From assembly GCA_030765405.1 (NCBI GenBank), contig JAVCCP010000081.1, forward strand, positions 1 to 52,907: 52,907 nucleotides of DNA, given 5' to 3'. The stretch comes from Candidatus Ancaeobacter aquaticus. Lineage in GTDB: Bacteria; Auribacterota; Ancaeobacteria; Ancaeobacterales; Ancaeobacteraceae. The notes under the pieces were generated by a model. That model saw only the letters and a list, made by a program, of their open reading frames with translations, was not told where the DNA came from and made no database searches. Made by a program: the position numbers and the translations under genes. Below, one piece after another: positions 40,451 through 50,664 of the stretch. Each line of letters opens with the position of its first letter. The first letter of the stretch is position 1.

Positions 40451-41537
40451 GTAATGATCTTAATATTGATGTTAGTTTTGTGGCGTTAACATTCACTGAA
40501 TATTTGTTATTCACTGTCTGTGAACCATTTTCTATAAATTGTTTTCTTATTGATACATCAGATAATAGTGCTGTAAGCTTTAAAGTCCATTCTTCGTTAG
40601 TATTCGCAAGATAACCATTAATCCCATCTTCTAGAATATCAGAGTTAATACCAACAGGCGAACCAATTACAGGAATTCCATAAGCCATATACAATAGTAA
40701 TTTTAAGCCACACTTTCCTTCTGTCCATCTATCCTGTTTAAGCGGCATGACGCCTATATCAAATGATGAAAGTAAAATATGTTCATTATCATAACTCCAC
40801 TTTTCAAATTCCACGGGATAACCTTTAAACAAATTCAAATCAACATAGTCTAAATCGGTACTTACAATTTTTAATTGAAATCTATAGCCATTTAATGCAA
40901 GCCTATTTAAAGGCTCAGAAAGTATGTTTAAGTACTGGTTAGTACTTCGCGTTCCAGACCACCCTATTGTAAATGTCTTACTCAATGGGCAAGCAGGTTT
41001 GATAGGAGATTTACATCTTTCCGTATCTACTGATGTTGGAATATAAAATACATTGCTATTTAAGGTCTTAGCATATCTTTCTAAATAGTGATTTCCCGCA
41101 ATAACGGCTTTAGATCGTCTGATAATATTTTTGATCTGGTCTTTATCCTGAAGAATGGAGAAGAATTTAAAGAAACCAGATGGTGGCATTATGTGTACAG
41201 CATCATCATAGTCATAGATAACATTCTTATTGAAATAAAACAGTAAGCTATCTAAACCACGCAATGAAGAGCTACATATAGCTTTTTGAATAAATACTGC
41301 ATCGTATTTATAAGAACTAACTATATCTTTTAACCGATTAATTGCTTCAATAATAGTATATAGTCTATTCAAAGACCTACGTTTTGATAAATACAAATAA
41401 CTAAATAGATTTTTTGGAACAGCAGGCGATACGGTATAGGAAATGCCTGCGTTTTTAATATAACGTAAATACTGCCATACTCTGAAACGAGTACTAGGTT
41501 GAGGCTCTGGATATAAAGTAAGAATAAGAATTTTCAT
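40443..41537 (-). CDS. Glycosyltransferase family 4
   Basis: STRFRV, YDYDDA, IGWSGT, DIGVMPL..GKCGLKLLLYMAYG. Confidence 0.9.
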   Translation of the reverse strand: MKILILTLYPEPQPSTRFRVWQYLRYIKNAGISYTVSPAVPKNLFSYLYLSKRRSLNRLYTIIEAINRLKDIVSSYKYDAVFIQKAICSSSLRGLDSLLFYFNKNVIYDYDDAVHIMPPSGFFKFFSILQDKDQIKNIIRRSKAVIAGNHYLERYAKTLNSNVFYIPTSVDTERCKSPIKPACPLSKTFTIGWSGTRSTNQYLNILSEPLNRLALNGYRFQLKIVSTDLDYVDLNLFKGYPVEFEKWSYDNEHILLSSFDIGVMPLKQDRWTEGKCGLKLLLYMAYGIPVIGSPVGINSDILEDGINGYLANTNEEWTLKLTALLSDVSIRKQFIENGSQTVNNKYSVNVNATKLTSILRSLHE

Positions 41538-41664
41538 TTATAATTATCAATACTGTTTCGTACGTTAGAATATACACTTTCAAATTATAGCTTAATCATG
41601 CAATATTAATGCGGTCAATTATTTATAGTATTGAATAAGCAATTACAATGTTAAATACACTTGA

Positions 41665-42789
41665 TTAGCATTGGTTATATATATTTAATAATTTCTGCAC
41701 AGAATTATCCCACGAATATTTAATAGCCGTAGCGTAACCATTTTTAATTAAATGTGAGCGAAGCTTTTTATCATTCATGAGAGAATGCATCCCATCCGCG
41801 ATGTGATTTACATCCAACGGATCAATTAATACTGCTGAATCACTGCATATTTCTTTGAGTGAAGTATTGTTCGAGGTTATAACGGGACATCCACATGCCA
41901 TTGATTCCACGGGAGGCATCCCAAAACCTTCATACAGTGATGGAAAAACAAATAACTCTGCATAATTATATAATGTTCTTAAATCATTATCGTCCACATA
42001 ACCGGTAAATATTATATCTGATTCTATGTTTTCGGCTTGAATTATTTTTATAAGCTCTAGCTTATATTCATGGTTGTATTTTCCAACACTTCCCACAATT
42101 ATCAATTTGTGAGGAATCTTATAATTCTTTTTAAGTAAAATAAATGCTGCTATCATATTTTTTAAGTTCTTTCTAAAATCTATTCCTCCGACATTTAGGA
42201 TATATGGAGTTCGGATATTATACTTATCAAAAATAAGAGATTGATCTTCTACTGATATCTCACTTTTGTAAAAAATATTATTATCGACCCCACTGTATGC
42301 CACTCTAATTCTATTTTTTTTAATACCCAACGTATCTATTATATCGTTCTTGGAATAGTTTGATACTGTTATAATGCAACTTGCATTTCTTTTGATAAGT
42401 TCAATATGTTTTTGGTACGTAAAATACTCCTCATCACTAGAAAAAAACTTTTCTGGATATTTGTATGGTGTAATATCATGTAAAGTTACCAGTGTTTTAC
42501 AATACGATGAATTCCAAATATCAGCGGTTGGAAAATGAAAAATATCTAAGTCTTTGAAGAATAATTTTCCATACCATTCCATATGGCTCTTTCTAATAAA
42601 ATGAAATCTCTTGTGCAATTTCTCTCGGATAAAATTGCTTCCTAATTCGTATTGCGAGACATCATTATTTGTAAAAAGTCTATATTGATTAACTTTGTCT
42701 ATTTTCGAAAGGTGTTTAATTATCTCTTCAGTATGCCGATCCATACCTCTACCGGGATTAAGTCTTCTTGCATCGATCCCTATTTTCAT
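41665..42789 (-). CDS. Glycosyltransferase family 4 (mannosyltransferase-like)
   Basis: MKIGIDAR, TLHD, RKNL, FPSLYEGFGMPPVESMACG. Confidence 0.92.
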   Translation of the reverse strand: MKIGIDARRLNPGRGMDRHTEEIIKHLSKIDKVNQYRLFTNNDVSQYELGSNFIREKLHKRFHFIRKSHMEWYGKLFFKDLDIFHFPTADIWNSSYCKTLVTLHDITPYKYPEKFFSSDEEYFTYQKHIELIKRNASCIITVSNYSKNDIIDTLGIKKNRIRVAYSGVDNNIFYKSEISVEDQSLIFDKYNIRTPYILNVGGIDFRKNLKNMIAAFILLKKNYKIPHKLIIVGSVGKYNHEYKLELIKIIQAENIESDIIFTGYVDDNDLRTLYNYAELFVFPSLYEGFGMPPVESMACGCPVITSNNTSLKEICSDSAVLIDPLDVNHIADGMHSLMNDKKLRSHLIKNGYATAIKYSWDNSVQKLLNIYNQC

Positions 42790-42817
42790 GCATATACCCT
42801 TTATTTTATTGAATAAG

Positions 42818-44203
42818 CTACTGATTAGGTAATAATCTTACGAATTCTGGTTGCTTATTTGGCTCATCTTCATCCGCTTTCATTTTTCTATATACAAAGC
42901 ATATAAGTCCCATGTGAAACCAAAATGGCTCCATAGTTCGAATAAGAATAAATACCGATAATGTTATTCCATTCACCATATATGCTACGGTTCCGGCAAA
43001 TAGACCAATAGATAGATGCTTGATAAAATTATCATCCGTATTTCGAATTACTTTTATGATTGTGTAAAGTGCTACAAATAAAAGGAGGATAAATATTACA
43101 AAGCCAACTATTCCAATGGATGTTAGTTCCATAAAATATTGGTTATCTACACCTCCAAGGTCAAATGAGCCTGGCCCATTGCCTAAAATAGGGTGCATTT
43201 TCCATTTACGTATTGCTTTTTCCCACATTCCAAGCCTATCATCCCATGATGTCATGCCTACCGTTTCTTGTGTCAAAAGAGTGTTAATAGAAAAGATTCT
43301 ATCAAGGATCTTTTGTGGTAAAAGCACCTTAAAAAATATGGCGAAGCTTGCAAGAGGAATCAATAATATCCTATACCCTTTAAATAATGTTAATGTCAAA
43401 ACCCCTGCAGCCAGAGCTATATATCCACCCCTCGAAAATGTGAGAAAAAATGGGACTATGATCATAACTGCAAGTAAATAGAAAGGAATACTCCTAACCT
43501 TAAATTTGTAATGCACTATCATTGATAATGTTAGGCACAAATTCATTACAAAATATGATGCGATTGTATTTGCCTCACCTAAATCAAAAGGGCCATGAAA
43601 ACGCTCTGGCATTTGACCTACAAAAATCATTCCAAAGCCCCATAAACAAGTAAGTCCACATACTAATAATGACAGCATAAAAAAGAATTTTACGTCTTTG
43701 ATTTTCTCAATATTATTTAATACGAGAAAAAAGATAAACGCATATTCAATTTTTTTAAGTGTAAATAATAAAGTAGTTGTTACTGATACAGTTCCGTGGG
43801 CAACACCATTAATCGATGATAATATATTTATGAGTAGAAATAACAGCATTATCATGTTTACTGGACTTCTTTTCCATGTTACTTCTTCAGATAAAAATGC
43901 CATTTTTGCAAGCCAACCAAAGATAATAGTGATGATAATAAGGTCATCTAAACGAAATGTCATTGCTCGTCCGGCAATATCCTCCTTAGAGAGTAGTAGT
44001 TCAGGCGAAAAAATTACAAGGAATATGAGAACAAACATACCCCAGCGCACATCATAGAGGGTAAGAAAAAATAGAATAAAAAGTCCAAGTGCTCCAAAAA
44101 TTACTGTAGGTGAATAAATATTTATTATGCGTCCGAAGTAAAATAAAAAAGCTACTAATACAATGAAAATAATTGGTTTAAGTATGTTAGGTGATTTGGC
44201 CAT
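42818..44203 (-). CDS. O-antigen ligase/polymerase (Wzy_C) family membrane protein
   Basis: Multiple TMs; ERFHGPFD..NT, TFSRGGY, HPILGNG, DNQY motifs. Confidence 0.85.
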   Translation of the reverse strand: MAKSPNILKPIIFIVLVAFLFYFGRIINIYSPTVIFGALGLFILFFLTLYDVRWGMFVLIFLVIFSPELLLSKEDIAGRAMTFRLDDLIIITIIFGWLAKMAFLSEEVTWKRSPVNMIMLLFLLINILSSINGVAHGTVSVTTTLLFTLKKIEYAFIFFLVLNNIEKIKDVKFFFMLSLLVCGLTCLWGFGMIFVGQMPERFHGPFDLGEANTIASYFVMNLCLTLSMIVHYKFKVRSIPFYLLAVMIIVPFFLTFSRGGYIALAAGVLTLTLFKGYRILLIPLASFAIFFKVLLPQKILDRIFSINTLLTQETVGMTSWDDRLGMWEKAIRKWKMHPILGNGPGSFDLGGVDNQYFMELTSIGIVGFVIFILLLFVALYTIIKVIRNTDDNFIKHLSIGLFAGTVAYMVNGITLSVFILIRTMEPFWFHMGLICFVYRKMKADEDEPNKQPEFVRLLPNQ

Positions 44204-44227
44204 AAATTAAAGTCCGTTCTTACCTCT

Positions 44228-44260
44228 AAAATAAAAATAGGGACAGCTAATTCCGTCCCT
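44228..44260 (-). terminator. Intrinsic terminator after the tyrosine kinase gene
   Basis: Minus strand AGGGACGG-AATTAG-CTGTCCCT followed by ATTTTTATTTT. Confidence 0.55.
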
Positions 44261-44304
44261 GTGTGATTGAATAATATATAAACATAAATTAATCTATTAT
44301 AGAG

Positions 44305-45039
44305 TTATTTTTTCATAGCTCCTTTTTTATCTGAGCTATAATAGTAATAATAATACCCTTCTCTCGTAACATCAACAGCATTAAAGACAATACCGACAAC
44401 GTATGCATCGATTTTTCTTAGCAGACTTAACGTTCTCATGGCAGCATCACGGGGTGTTTTATCAGCTAATATTACCAACAGAATTCCGTCTACCATCGTA
44501 GATAATATAGAAGCATCTGTTACAGTTAGAACTGATGCTGAATCTAAAAATATAATATCAAAGAAATTAGATTGTTCTTTAAGCAGGTCTTTCATTTTTT
44601 CAGTCCCAATCAATTCAGACGGATTTTTTGGGATATGTCCAGCAGGTAAAACAGTAAGGTTATCAATGCCGGTTCTCACTAATGCTTTATCCCAACTGTA
44701 ATTACCGCGCAAAACATCCGATAATCCAGGATCTTTATTGATATTCAGCATACTGTGTACAGCGGGTCTTCTCATATCTGTATCCACTAAAAGGACATTA
44801 TTCCCAATTTCTGCCAATGTAATCGCAAGATTTACCGCAGTTAAGGTTTTTCCTTCTTCTGGACGACAGCTTGTGACAAGAATGGTCTTTAAGTTCTTAT
44901 CTTTGTTAATATAATTTAAATTTGTGCGTAAAGTCCTATAGGCTTCTGTGATTGGAGATCGTGGATCACTGTGAGCAATAATCTTCGATGATATTTGAAT
45001 CTGTTGCTGTTTTAAATGTTCATTAATTTCTTCTTTCAT
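44305..45039 (-). CDS. CpsD/CapB-family BY-kinase (Wzc cytoplasmic part)
   Basis: EAYRTLRTNL, Walker A SCRPEEGKT, VDTDMRRP, C-terminal GYYYYYY tyrosine cluster. Confidence 0.95.
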   Translation of the reverse strand: MKEEINEHLKQQQIQISSKIIAHSDPRSPITEAYRTLRTNLNYINKDKNLKTILVTSCRPEEGKTLTAVNLAITLAEIGNNVLLVDTDMRRPAVHSMLNINKDPGLSDVLRGNYSWDKALVRTGIDNLTVLPAGHIPKNPSELIGTEKMKDLLKEQSNFFDIIFLDSASVLTVTDASILSTMVDGILLVILADKTPRDAAMRTLSLLRKIDAYVVGIVFNAVDVTREGYYYYYYSSDKKGAMKK

Positions 45040-45053
45040 AAATTAGCACCTAT

Positions 45054-46511
45054 CTATTCTTGTTTTGATGGAGAATATGATTCGCGTGCAGGTATTTTAG
45101 GTATAACACCTAAGACTTGCACATTTAAATATCTTTCAACTTCACTAATACTTTTCAGCGAAGTGTCTAAATGTTCTAATAAGAATGCCATGCCAATACC
45201 AATAAATAAACCTAATAATGCACCTAAAATACCTTTTTGAGCTTCGGAGACTTCAATTGCATGTTTAGGAAGTATGGCAAGATCAATAATTCTAACGTTA
45301 CCACTTTCCATGGATTCAGCTATTTTTATTTCTTCTAATTTCTCGAGTAGTGTGAGATATGTTTCCTCACTGATCTTTAGCTGGCGGGTTAATTTTAAAT
45401 ATTCTGCCTTTTTACTGGCAAGATCGTTGAGCTGTTCAGTGAAATCTTCCATTTGCTTCTTTAGCGCGTCTTCTCTGACTTTTAATGCCTTAATAACAAT
45501 TTCAAGATTAATATGTTCATTAAGCAAGTTTTGATAATTTGCCCAGGGATCAAGACTGGGCAAACCCTCTTTGGATACTATTGAAAATTCTGCACGTAAA
45601 TCTTTTACTGTTGCATCGATTTCTTTTTTTAATTCTATAAGTGCAGGATGCTTGTCCGTATAATCTCTCAACAATAACGATCTTTGCAACTCTAAAGATA
45701 TAAGTTTTTCACGTAATCCTTCCATTATAGTTGATTGAACATTTGCTAAAGAAGGAACAGCTGTTATATTTAAATCTGAAAGCTGTTGTTTTAATGCTTG
45801 TAATTTTGACTCCGTAATTTCTCGTTCTGATTTTGTATCAATATAAGTATTTTCAATAATTGAAAGCCGTTGAATCTCTTTCTCAATAGTTGTATATTGT
45901 TCTTTTGTTTTAAATGATGTTAGTTTATCTTCAGATTCTTGTAATTTCTTTGCGTATGAATCTACTTGTCTCTCTATAAATTGTCTTGCAGTTTGTGTTT
46001 CTTGACTGCTTGCTTTCATACTTTGTGATACAAAAGCTTTCGCGACAGAATTGGCAATATCTCTTGCTTTTATTGGAGTGCCTGCACGTACTTTTATAAC
46101 GAGCAAATTCGTGTTACCTACCCTGCTTACTGAAATACTTTTTCTGATATGATCAACAACATTCCCAGAATTAAGCCACTCTGCTTCCCCGCCTCTTTCT
46201 TTAACAGCTGACATCATATTAAGCTTAAGAAATTTCACCGCATTGTCCGCAACAGTACGACTGGTAATTAATTCAGCCTGTGTTTCCAGCTGAGTGCTTT
46301 TCAAGGGAGATGAAAGACCCTCTAAAAGTGGCGTTGATTGAGCAGGATTTTCAATCAATACCGTAGTAAATGCCTCATAAACAGGAGGAGGTGTTGGCGC
46401 AAATATAAGAGAGGAAATGGTAACCGTAAAAACACATAAGAGTATAATCCACTTTCTCTTATACAGTATTAGTAAATAATCACGTAATGTAATCTCTTTT
46501 AAATCAACCAT
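45054..46511 (-). CDS. Polysaccharide co-polymerase (Wzc/GumC N-terminal part)
   Basis: LRDYLLILYKRKW, two flanking TMs, long coiled coil, DTSLKSISEVERYLNVQVLGVIP. Confidence 0.92.
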   Translation of the reverse strand: MVDLKEITLRDYLLILYKRKWIILLCVFTVTISSLIFAPTPPPVYEAFTTVLIENPAQSTPLLEGLSSPLKSTQLETQAELITSRTVADNAVKFLKLNMMSAVKERGGEAEWLNSGNVVDHIRKSISVSRVGNTNLLVIKVRAGTPIKARDIANSVAKAFVSQSMKASSQETQTARQFIERQVDSYAKKLQESEDKLTSFKTKEQYTTIEKEIQRLSIIENTYIDTKSEREITESKLQALKQQLSDLNITAVPSLANVQSTIMEGLREKLISLELQRSLLLRDYTDKHPALIELKKEIDATVKDLRAEFSIVSKEGLPSLDPWANYQNLLNEHINLEIVIKALKVREDALKKQMEDFTEQLNDLASKKAEYLKLTRQLKISEETYLTLLEKLEEIKIAESMESGNVRIIDLAILPKHAIEVSEAQKGILGALLGLFIGIGMAFLLEHLDTSLKSISEVERYLNVQVLGVIPKIPARESYSPSKQE

Positions 46512-46536
46512 GGTATATTCCCTTATTCACATTATG

Positions 46537-48096
46537 TTATTTTAACATTTGATTTACTTCGGACTTATCTAATAATTTTGCCTTTTCTTGCTTTTGTTTG
46601 CTATGCATGGGGACCTTTTCATTATCGTTTACATCTGCTTCGTGTTTAAGAATGAATTGTCCGCTGTCTGCTTTGAAATTGTATGGACTATGATCAATTT
46701 TGAACTTAAGTATTTTTTCTCTCTCTTTCATTGAAGCTTGCGTAATAGTTCTTTTAATTTCATCATCCAAAATCCGAGGAGTGATAAAAATTATGAGTTC
46801 ATTTTTTTCTATATCTTCAGATTCTTGTCTAAAGAATGTACCAATAAAAGGTATATCTCCTAGTATGGGTATTTTATTGGTACGATTAATCTTCTTCTCA
46901 TTGATTAAACCTCCAATTACTAATGTTTTGTTGTTCATAATATTTACTTTTGTAGTAGCTTTACGGGCAACTCTGATGGGTACATTTTCGTTAAACCCTT
47001 GTATGAAAGATACTTCAGGGGCTACTTCTAAGTTTATTTTTCCGTTATCTCTAATATGCGGTGTTACCGGCAGAAGTATTCCATAATCAAGAAACTTTGT
47101 TGTAAACACAAAACTGTTAGATCCGAGAACAAGACCGCTTCCAGATAATTCTCTATAGGGATAGGATGTTATGATCTGTATATTTGCTCTTTGGTTGTTT
47201 TCTACAACAATTTTAGGATTAGCAACAATTCTTCCCTTATTTTGACGAACCATTGCATTAATATACGAAGAATATTTGTGCTTTGATATTACTTTTCCGA
47301 AAAAGAAATTACCGCCATCTCCAAGCTGCGGCATTAAAATGTCACTAATCTGAGTAATATTTCTACCTATATTTCCAGTTTGGCCAGCGGCTACTGCCAT
47401 CGGAAGAGAAACGGGAGTATTATATTTACCCATAAAATCATCACGGCTTATATGCTGCATCATTAGATCGAATTGGAGATCATTGTCATTGGTGATAGTG
47501 AGTTCAATGATCTCTGCCTCAATCAAAACTTCTTGTGTTCTTTTATCTAATGACTCCAGCTCATTTACGAGATTGGTGATTTCTACTATTTTTGCGGCAG
47601 TATCTGAAATAATAAGTGAATTTGAACCTATATCTGATGCAAGTGTTCCGTTGTCAGAAAGTGCGCCGGAAAGTGCATCTATGAGACTTTCGGCATTAGA
47701 GTTCTTGAGTGGAATTATTTTTGTTAGTATCTCTGGCTCTTCATCATACCCCATTGATGATGTTTGTGTCATTTGTGATGCATACCCGGCTTTAACCTCA
47801 AGTTCCGGGTTTTTTATATATGTACGAAGTGCTGTTAACAGATCCTTTTTGAAGGTGTTGTATGTAACCCCTTCAGCCTTCACTTCCCCCACAAGAGGTA
47901 GTGTAACATTTCCATCTTTTGATACAGTCACCACTCTATCGAGATCTGAATGCCTCTTGACTGTAATTATAAGACTATCCCCGCTCCGAATAACATCATC
48001 TGCGCTCGCAATCAATGTATCAGTAACACTGATCAATGAAAAAGATATAATAAAAACACATAAAATTAAACGATGCATCTGACTCCTTATTGACAT
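46537..48096 (-). CDS. Polysaccharide-export (OPX/Wza D1-like) domain fused to a secretin
   Basis: Signal peptide; IRSGDSLIITV..VSKDGNVTLPLVGEVKAEG (Poly_export); IPLKNSNAESL..SNSLIISD (secretin N domain); VIGGL..IPILGDIPFIGTFF..ELIIFITPRI (secretin core). Start is 48096 or 48078. Confidence 0.88.
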   Translation of the reverse strand: MSIRSQMHRLILCVFIISFSLISVTDTLIASADDVIRSGDSLIITVKRHSDLDRVVTVSKDGNVTLPLVGEVKAEGVTYNTFKKDLLTALRTYIKNPELEVKAGYASQMTQTSSMGYDEEPEILTKIIPLKNSNAESLIDALSGALSDNGTLASDIGSNSLIISDTAAKIVEITNLVNELESLDKRTQEVLIEAEIIELTITNDNDLQFDLMMQHISRDDFMGKYNTPVSLPMAVAAGQTGNIGRNITQISDILMPQLGDGGNFFFGKVISKHKYSSYINAMVRQNKGRIVANPKIVVENNQRANIQIITSYPYRELSGSGLVLGSNSFVFTTKFLDYGILLPVTPHIRDNGKINLEVAPEVSFIQGFNENVPIRVARKATTKVNIMNNKTLVIGGLINEKKINRTNKIPILGDIPFIGTFFRQESEDIEKNELIIFITPRILDDEIKRTITQASMKEREKILKFKIDHSPYNFKADSGQFILKHEADVNDNEKVPMHSKQKQEKAKLLDKSEVNQMLK

Positions 48097-48106
48097 AATT
48101 CCCCCA

Positions 48107-49771
48107 TTATTTATTTTCAATTTTATATTTCTCGCCTTCAATGATTAATAATCTCTTGCGTGCCTTTTCCATCCACTCCAACGTAGATGATTTATTTAGG
48201 GCAGCTTTCATATAAAACTCTTTGGCTTTAGTCATATCTTCTAGACGTTCATATGCATATGCTATTTCATATAATTCATGTCCGTCAGAAATATTATTGT
48301 TATTTCTCAGCATTTCCTCATAGATCTTTATAACATCAGTATATTTATCAGTTTTTTTATAACAATTTGCAATATTTTCTAAAGAAGCGTTCACTATTTC
48401 TTTTTCCGGATTAACTTTCATTGCTTTTCTGAACTCTTGAATTGCCTCATCATATTTATTTTCTTTTGCTAAAATATTGCCGAGCCAATGATATGAATAA
48501 CCTGCTCGCTGACTGTCAGGAAACATAGATATTACCTTATTATATTTCTCCTTAGCGCTTTTATTATCACCGAGTATCTCATAACACGCTGCAAGAAAAT
48601 AATAAGCGTCTTCAACAAGAGGGTTTTGAGGGTATTTTTTAATAAATTTACGATAGTAGATTGACGCGTTTTTGTAGTCGCGAAGAGAGTGGTATTTTGA
48701 AGCATTATTATATATATACTCAGAGCTGGATGTTTTTTTATAGTACATAAATGAGAATAGAACTACCGCGCATAAAACTAGAATAACGATAGTCTTTTTT
48801 GTTAAACTTTTTCTATGAATTTCAGCAACTTGCTTTTTCTTTTCATGCTTAATCTTTTCTTCAAATATCTCTCTATCTTCTTTTTTTAAATCAACAAGGT
48901 AGTTATCATCCATATCTTCCGGTTTCTTTGCAATACCTATATGTCTTTTTAATTTTCTCGCACGATCGCTTTTTTCAATTTGCATAGCACGATTTGGCGG
49001 GCCGTACATGATTACGATGAAATCTGTTCCATTATCAAAGAATTTTGGATCTGGAAGATTCAGTTCTTTTAGAGAGTTTTTTATGCGGGTAACACCGGTG
49101 CCGAGTTTTTCAACATATTTACCCATATAATATAGCGCTTCCATCAGGTTTCGATTACGTAAAAATTGTATGTTTTCAATATTCGTAACTGTTAAAGATG
49201 AAGTTAATCCCCCCGGAGAATAGAATTCAAGTCTATCATCAAACATGTATACCCGGCACGTTGATCCTGTCATACTATAGTCTCTGTGAATAAGTCCATT
49301 GACAATAATTTCACGAACAGCATCGAGAGGATATTCTGGAATATCAGTTCTTTTTAGCCCTTTAACTGTGCCATATAATTTCATGTTTCTGACAAAAAAT
49401 AACTCTGCCGCGTTAATAATTTCTGGAATTGTCCCTCGTATTTCCTTCTGTTCAATTATGTGCCCTGCTTTATTTGTTCCAGAAAATTTGACCATCTTGA
49501 GACTGCTTGCCCATAAATATTTCTGAGGATTTTTGCCAAATAATAGCAGTCCGGCAATGGTCGGATGTATTTTATTTCCTACCTTTTTGATAAGATTCAT
49601 TTCTAAAAGTATTGACTCTGCGGTCCCATCGCTTGATTTAATATCTCGATTATTAAGGACTTTACTTGCGAAATCCTCAATAAGGTCTTTATCTAAGTCA
49701 TCATATGTCGATTCTAATACTGGGGTTTCATCGTAATCTTGTGTATATTTCTTATCTGCTGTATCATCCAT
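48107..49771 (-). CDS. GHKL-type (HATPase_c_4-like) ATP-binding domain, TM helix and TPR repeats
   Basis: HPTIAGLLLFGK, YPLDAVREIIVNGLIHRDY, YSPGGL, VEKLGTG; TM IVILVLCAVVLFSFMYY; TPRs (FIKKYPQN, AYYFLA, YHWLG). Confidence 0.85.
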   Translation of the reverse strand: MDDTADKKYTQDYDETPVLESTYDDLDKDLIEDFASKVLNNRDIKSSDGTAESILLEMNLIKKVGNKIHPTIAGLLLFGKNPQKYLWASSLKMVKFSGTNKAGHIIEQKEIRGTIPEIINAAELFFVRNMKLYGTVKGLKRTDIPEYPLDAVREIIVNGLIHRDYSMTGSTCRVYMFDDRLEFYSPGGLTSSLTVTNIENIQFLRNRNLMEALYYMGKYVEKLGTGVTRIKNSLKELNLPDPKFFDNGTDFIVIMYGPPNRAMQIEKSDRARKLKRHIGIAKKPEDMDDNYLVDLKKEDREIFEEKIKHEKKKQVAEIHRKSLTKKTIVILVLCAVVLFSFMYYKKTSSSEYIYNNASKYHSLRDYKNASIYYRKFIKKYPQNPLVEDAYYFLAACYEILGDNKSAKEKYNKVISMFPDSQRAGYSYHWLGNILAKENKYDEAIQEFRKAMKVNPEKEIVNASLENIANCYKKTDKYTDVIKIYEEMLRNNNNISDGHELYEIAYAYERLEDMTKAKEFYMKAALNKSSTLEWMEKARKRLLIIEGEKYKIENK

Positions 49772-49776
49772 AATTT

Positions 49777-50664
49777 TTAACCCTCACCGAATTTTTTAAA
49801 ATGTTTTCTTTCCTGCTCAACATCTTTCCTCATCCAGCCTTCAATATTTTTCATAAGATGGTAAAAATCAGAAAGTGTTACCTTATCATCATCGCGACTG
49901 ACAGACGATGTTGCATGGCCTCTAATCTTATTGACATACACATTATACTGAGAGTCTGTCATAGAGGCTTTGTTATAAAAATATCCTGCAATAAGACCCA
50001 ACATAAGACAACCAATGACGATTAAGGCATATTTATTAAGTAAAATATGTTTAATATAATAGTCGATAGTTTCCCTTTTTCGAGCAATCTTTGAAATATA
50101 ATCTTTTTCAATCCGTTTTTTGTCTAATTCTATTTCCTGCGCATTCTGCTCAACCTGTTCTTTAAGGGCATACCATTTTTTTTGTATGAGCTGCTTTTGA
50201 GATACATCACTTTTCCCATAATAATTTTGCATTGTTTCCATATAAGGTAATTTGCCGAATTTAGCTCTATGGAGAACGTATTTTATTAGCGATAAGAGGT
50301 AATCAATATCAAAAGGCTTTGTTATATAGTCAAAGACACCGTAGTTCTCTGCTTCTATAACTGCATCTTTTCTTTTCCCGTATGCGGAGAGGATAATAAT
50401 ACTGACGGTATGATCTTTTTTGCGGATTCGTTTGATAGTCTCAATGCCATTAATGCCGGGCATCATCACATCAACCATTATGAGGTCAAATTTGTCCTTT
50501 GAAGCTATCTCCACGCCTTTTTCCCCACCAGATGCTGTCATTACATCGTAACCTTCTGATGAAAGGATATCCTCAATCAACGCTGAAATAGATTCTTCAT
50601 CATCTATAACAAGAATCTTTATTAGCGTGTTATTAGTTTCTTTCTTTGTGTGATTCGATGGCAT
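49777..50664 (-). CDS. Response regulator receiver protein with C-terminal TM helix
   Basis: ILVIDDE..IMVD..ILSAY..TKPF; TM YALIVIGCLMLGLIAGYFY. Confidence 0.85.
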   Translation of the reverse strand: MPSNHTKKETNNTLIKILVIDDEESISALIEDILSSEGYDVMTASGGEKGVEIASKDKFDLIMVDVMMPGINGIETIKRIRKKDHTVSIIILSAYGKRKDAVIEAENYGVFDYITKPFDIDYLLSLIKYVLHRAKFGKLPYMETMQNYYGKSDVSQKQLIQKKWYALKEQVEQNAQEIELDKKRIEKDYISKIARKRETIDYYIKHILLNKYALIVIGCLMLGLIAGYFYNKASMTDSQYNVYVNKIRGHATSSVSRDDDKVTLSDFYHLMKNIEGWMRKDVEQERKHFKKFGEG

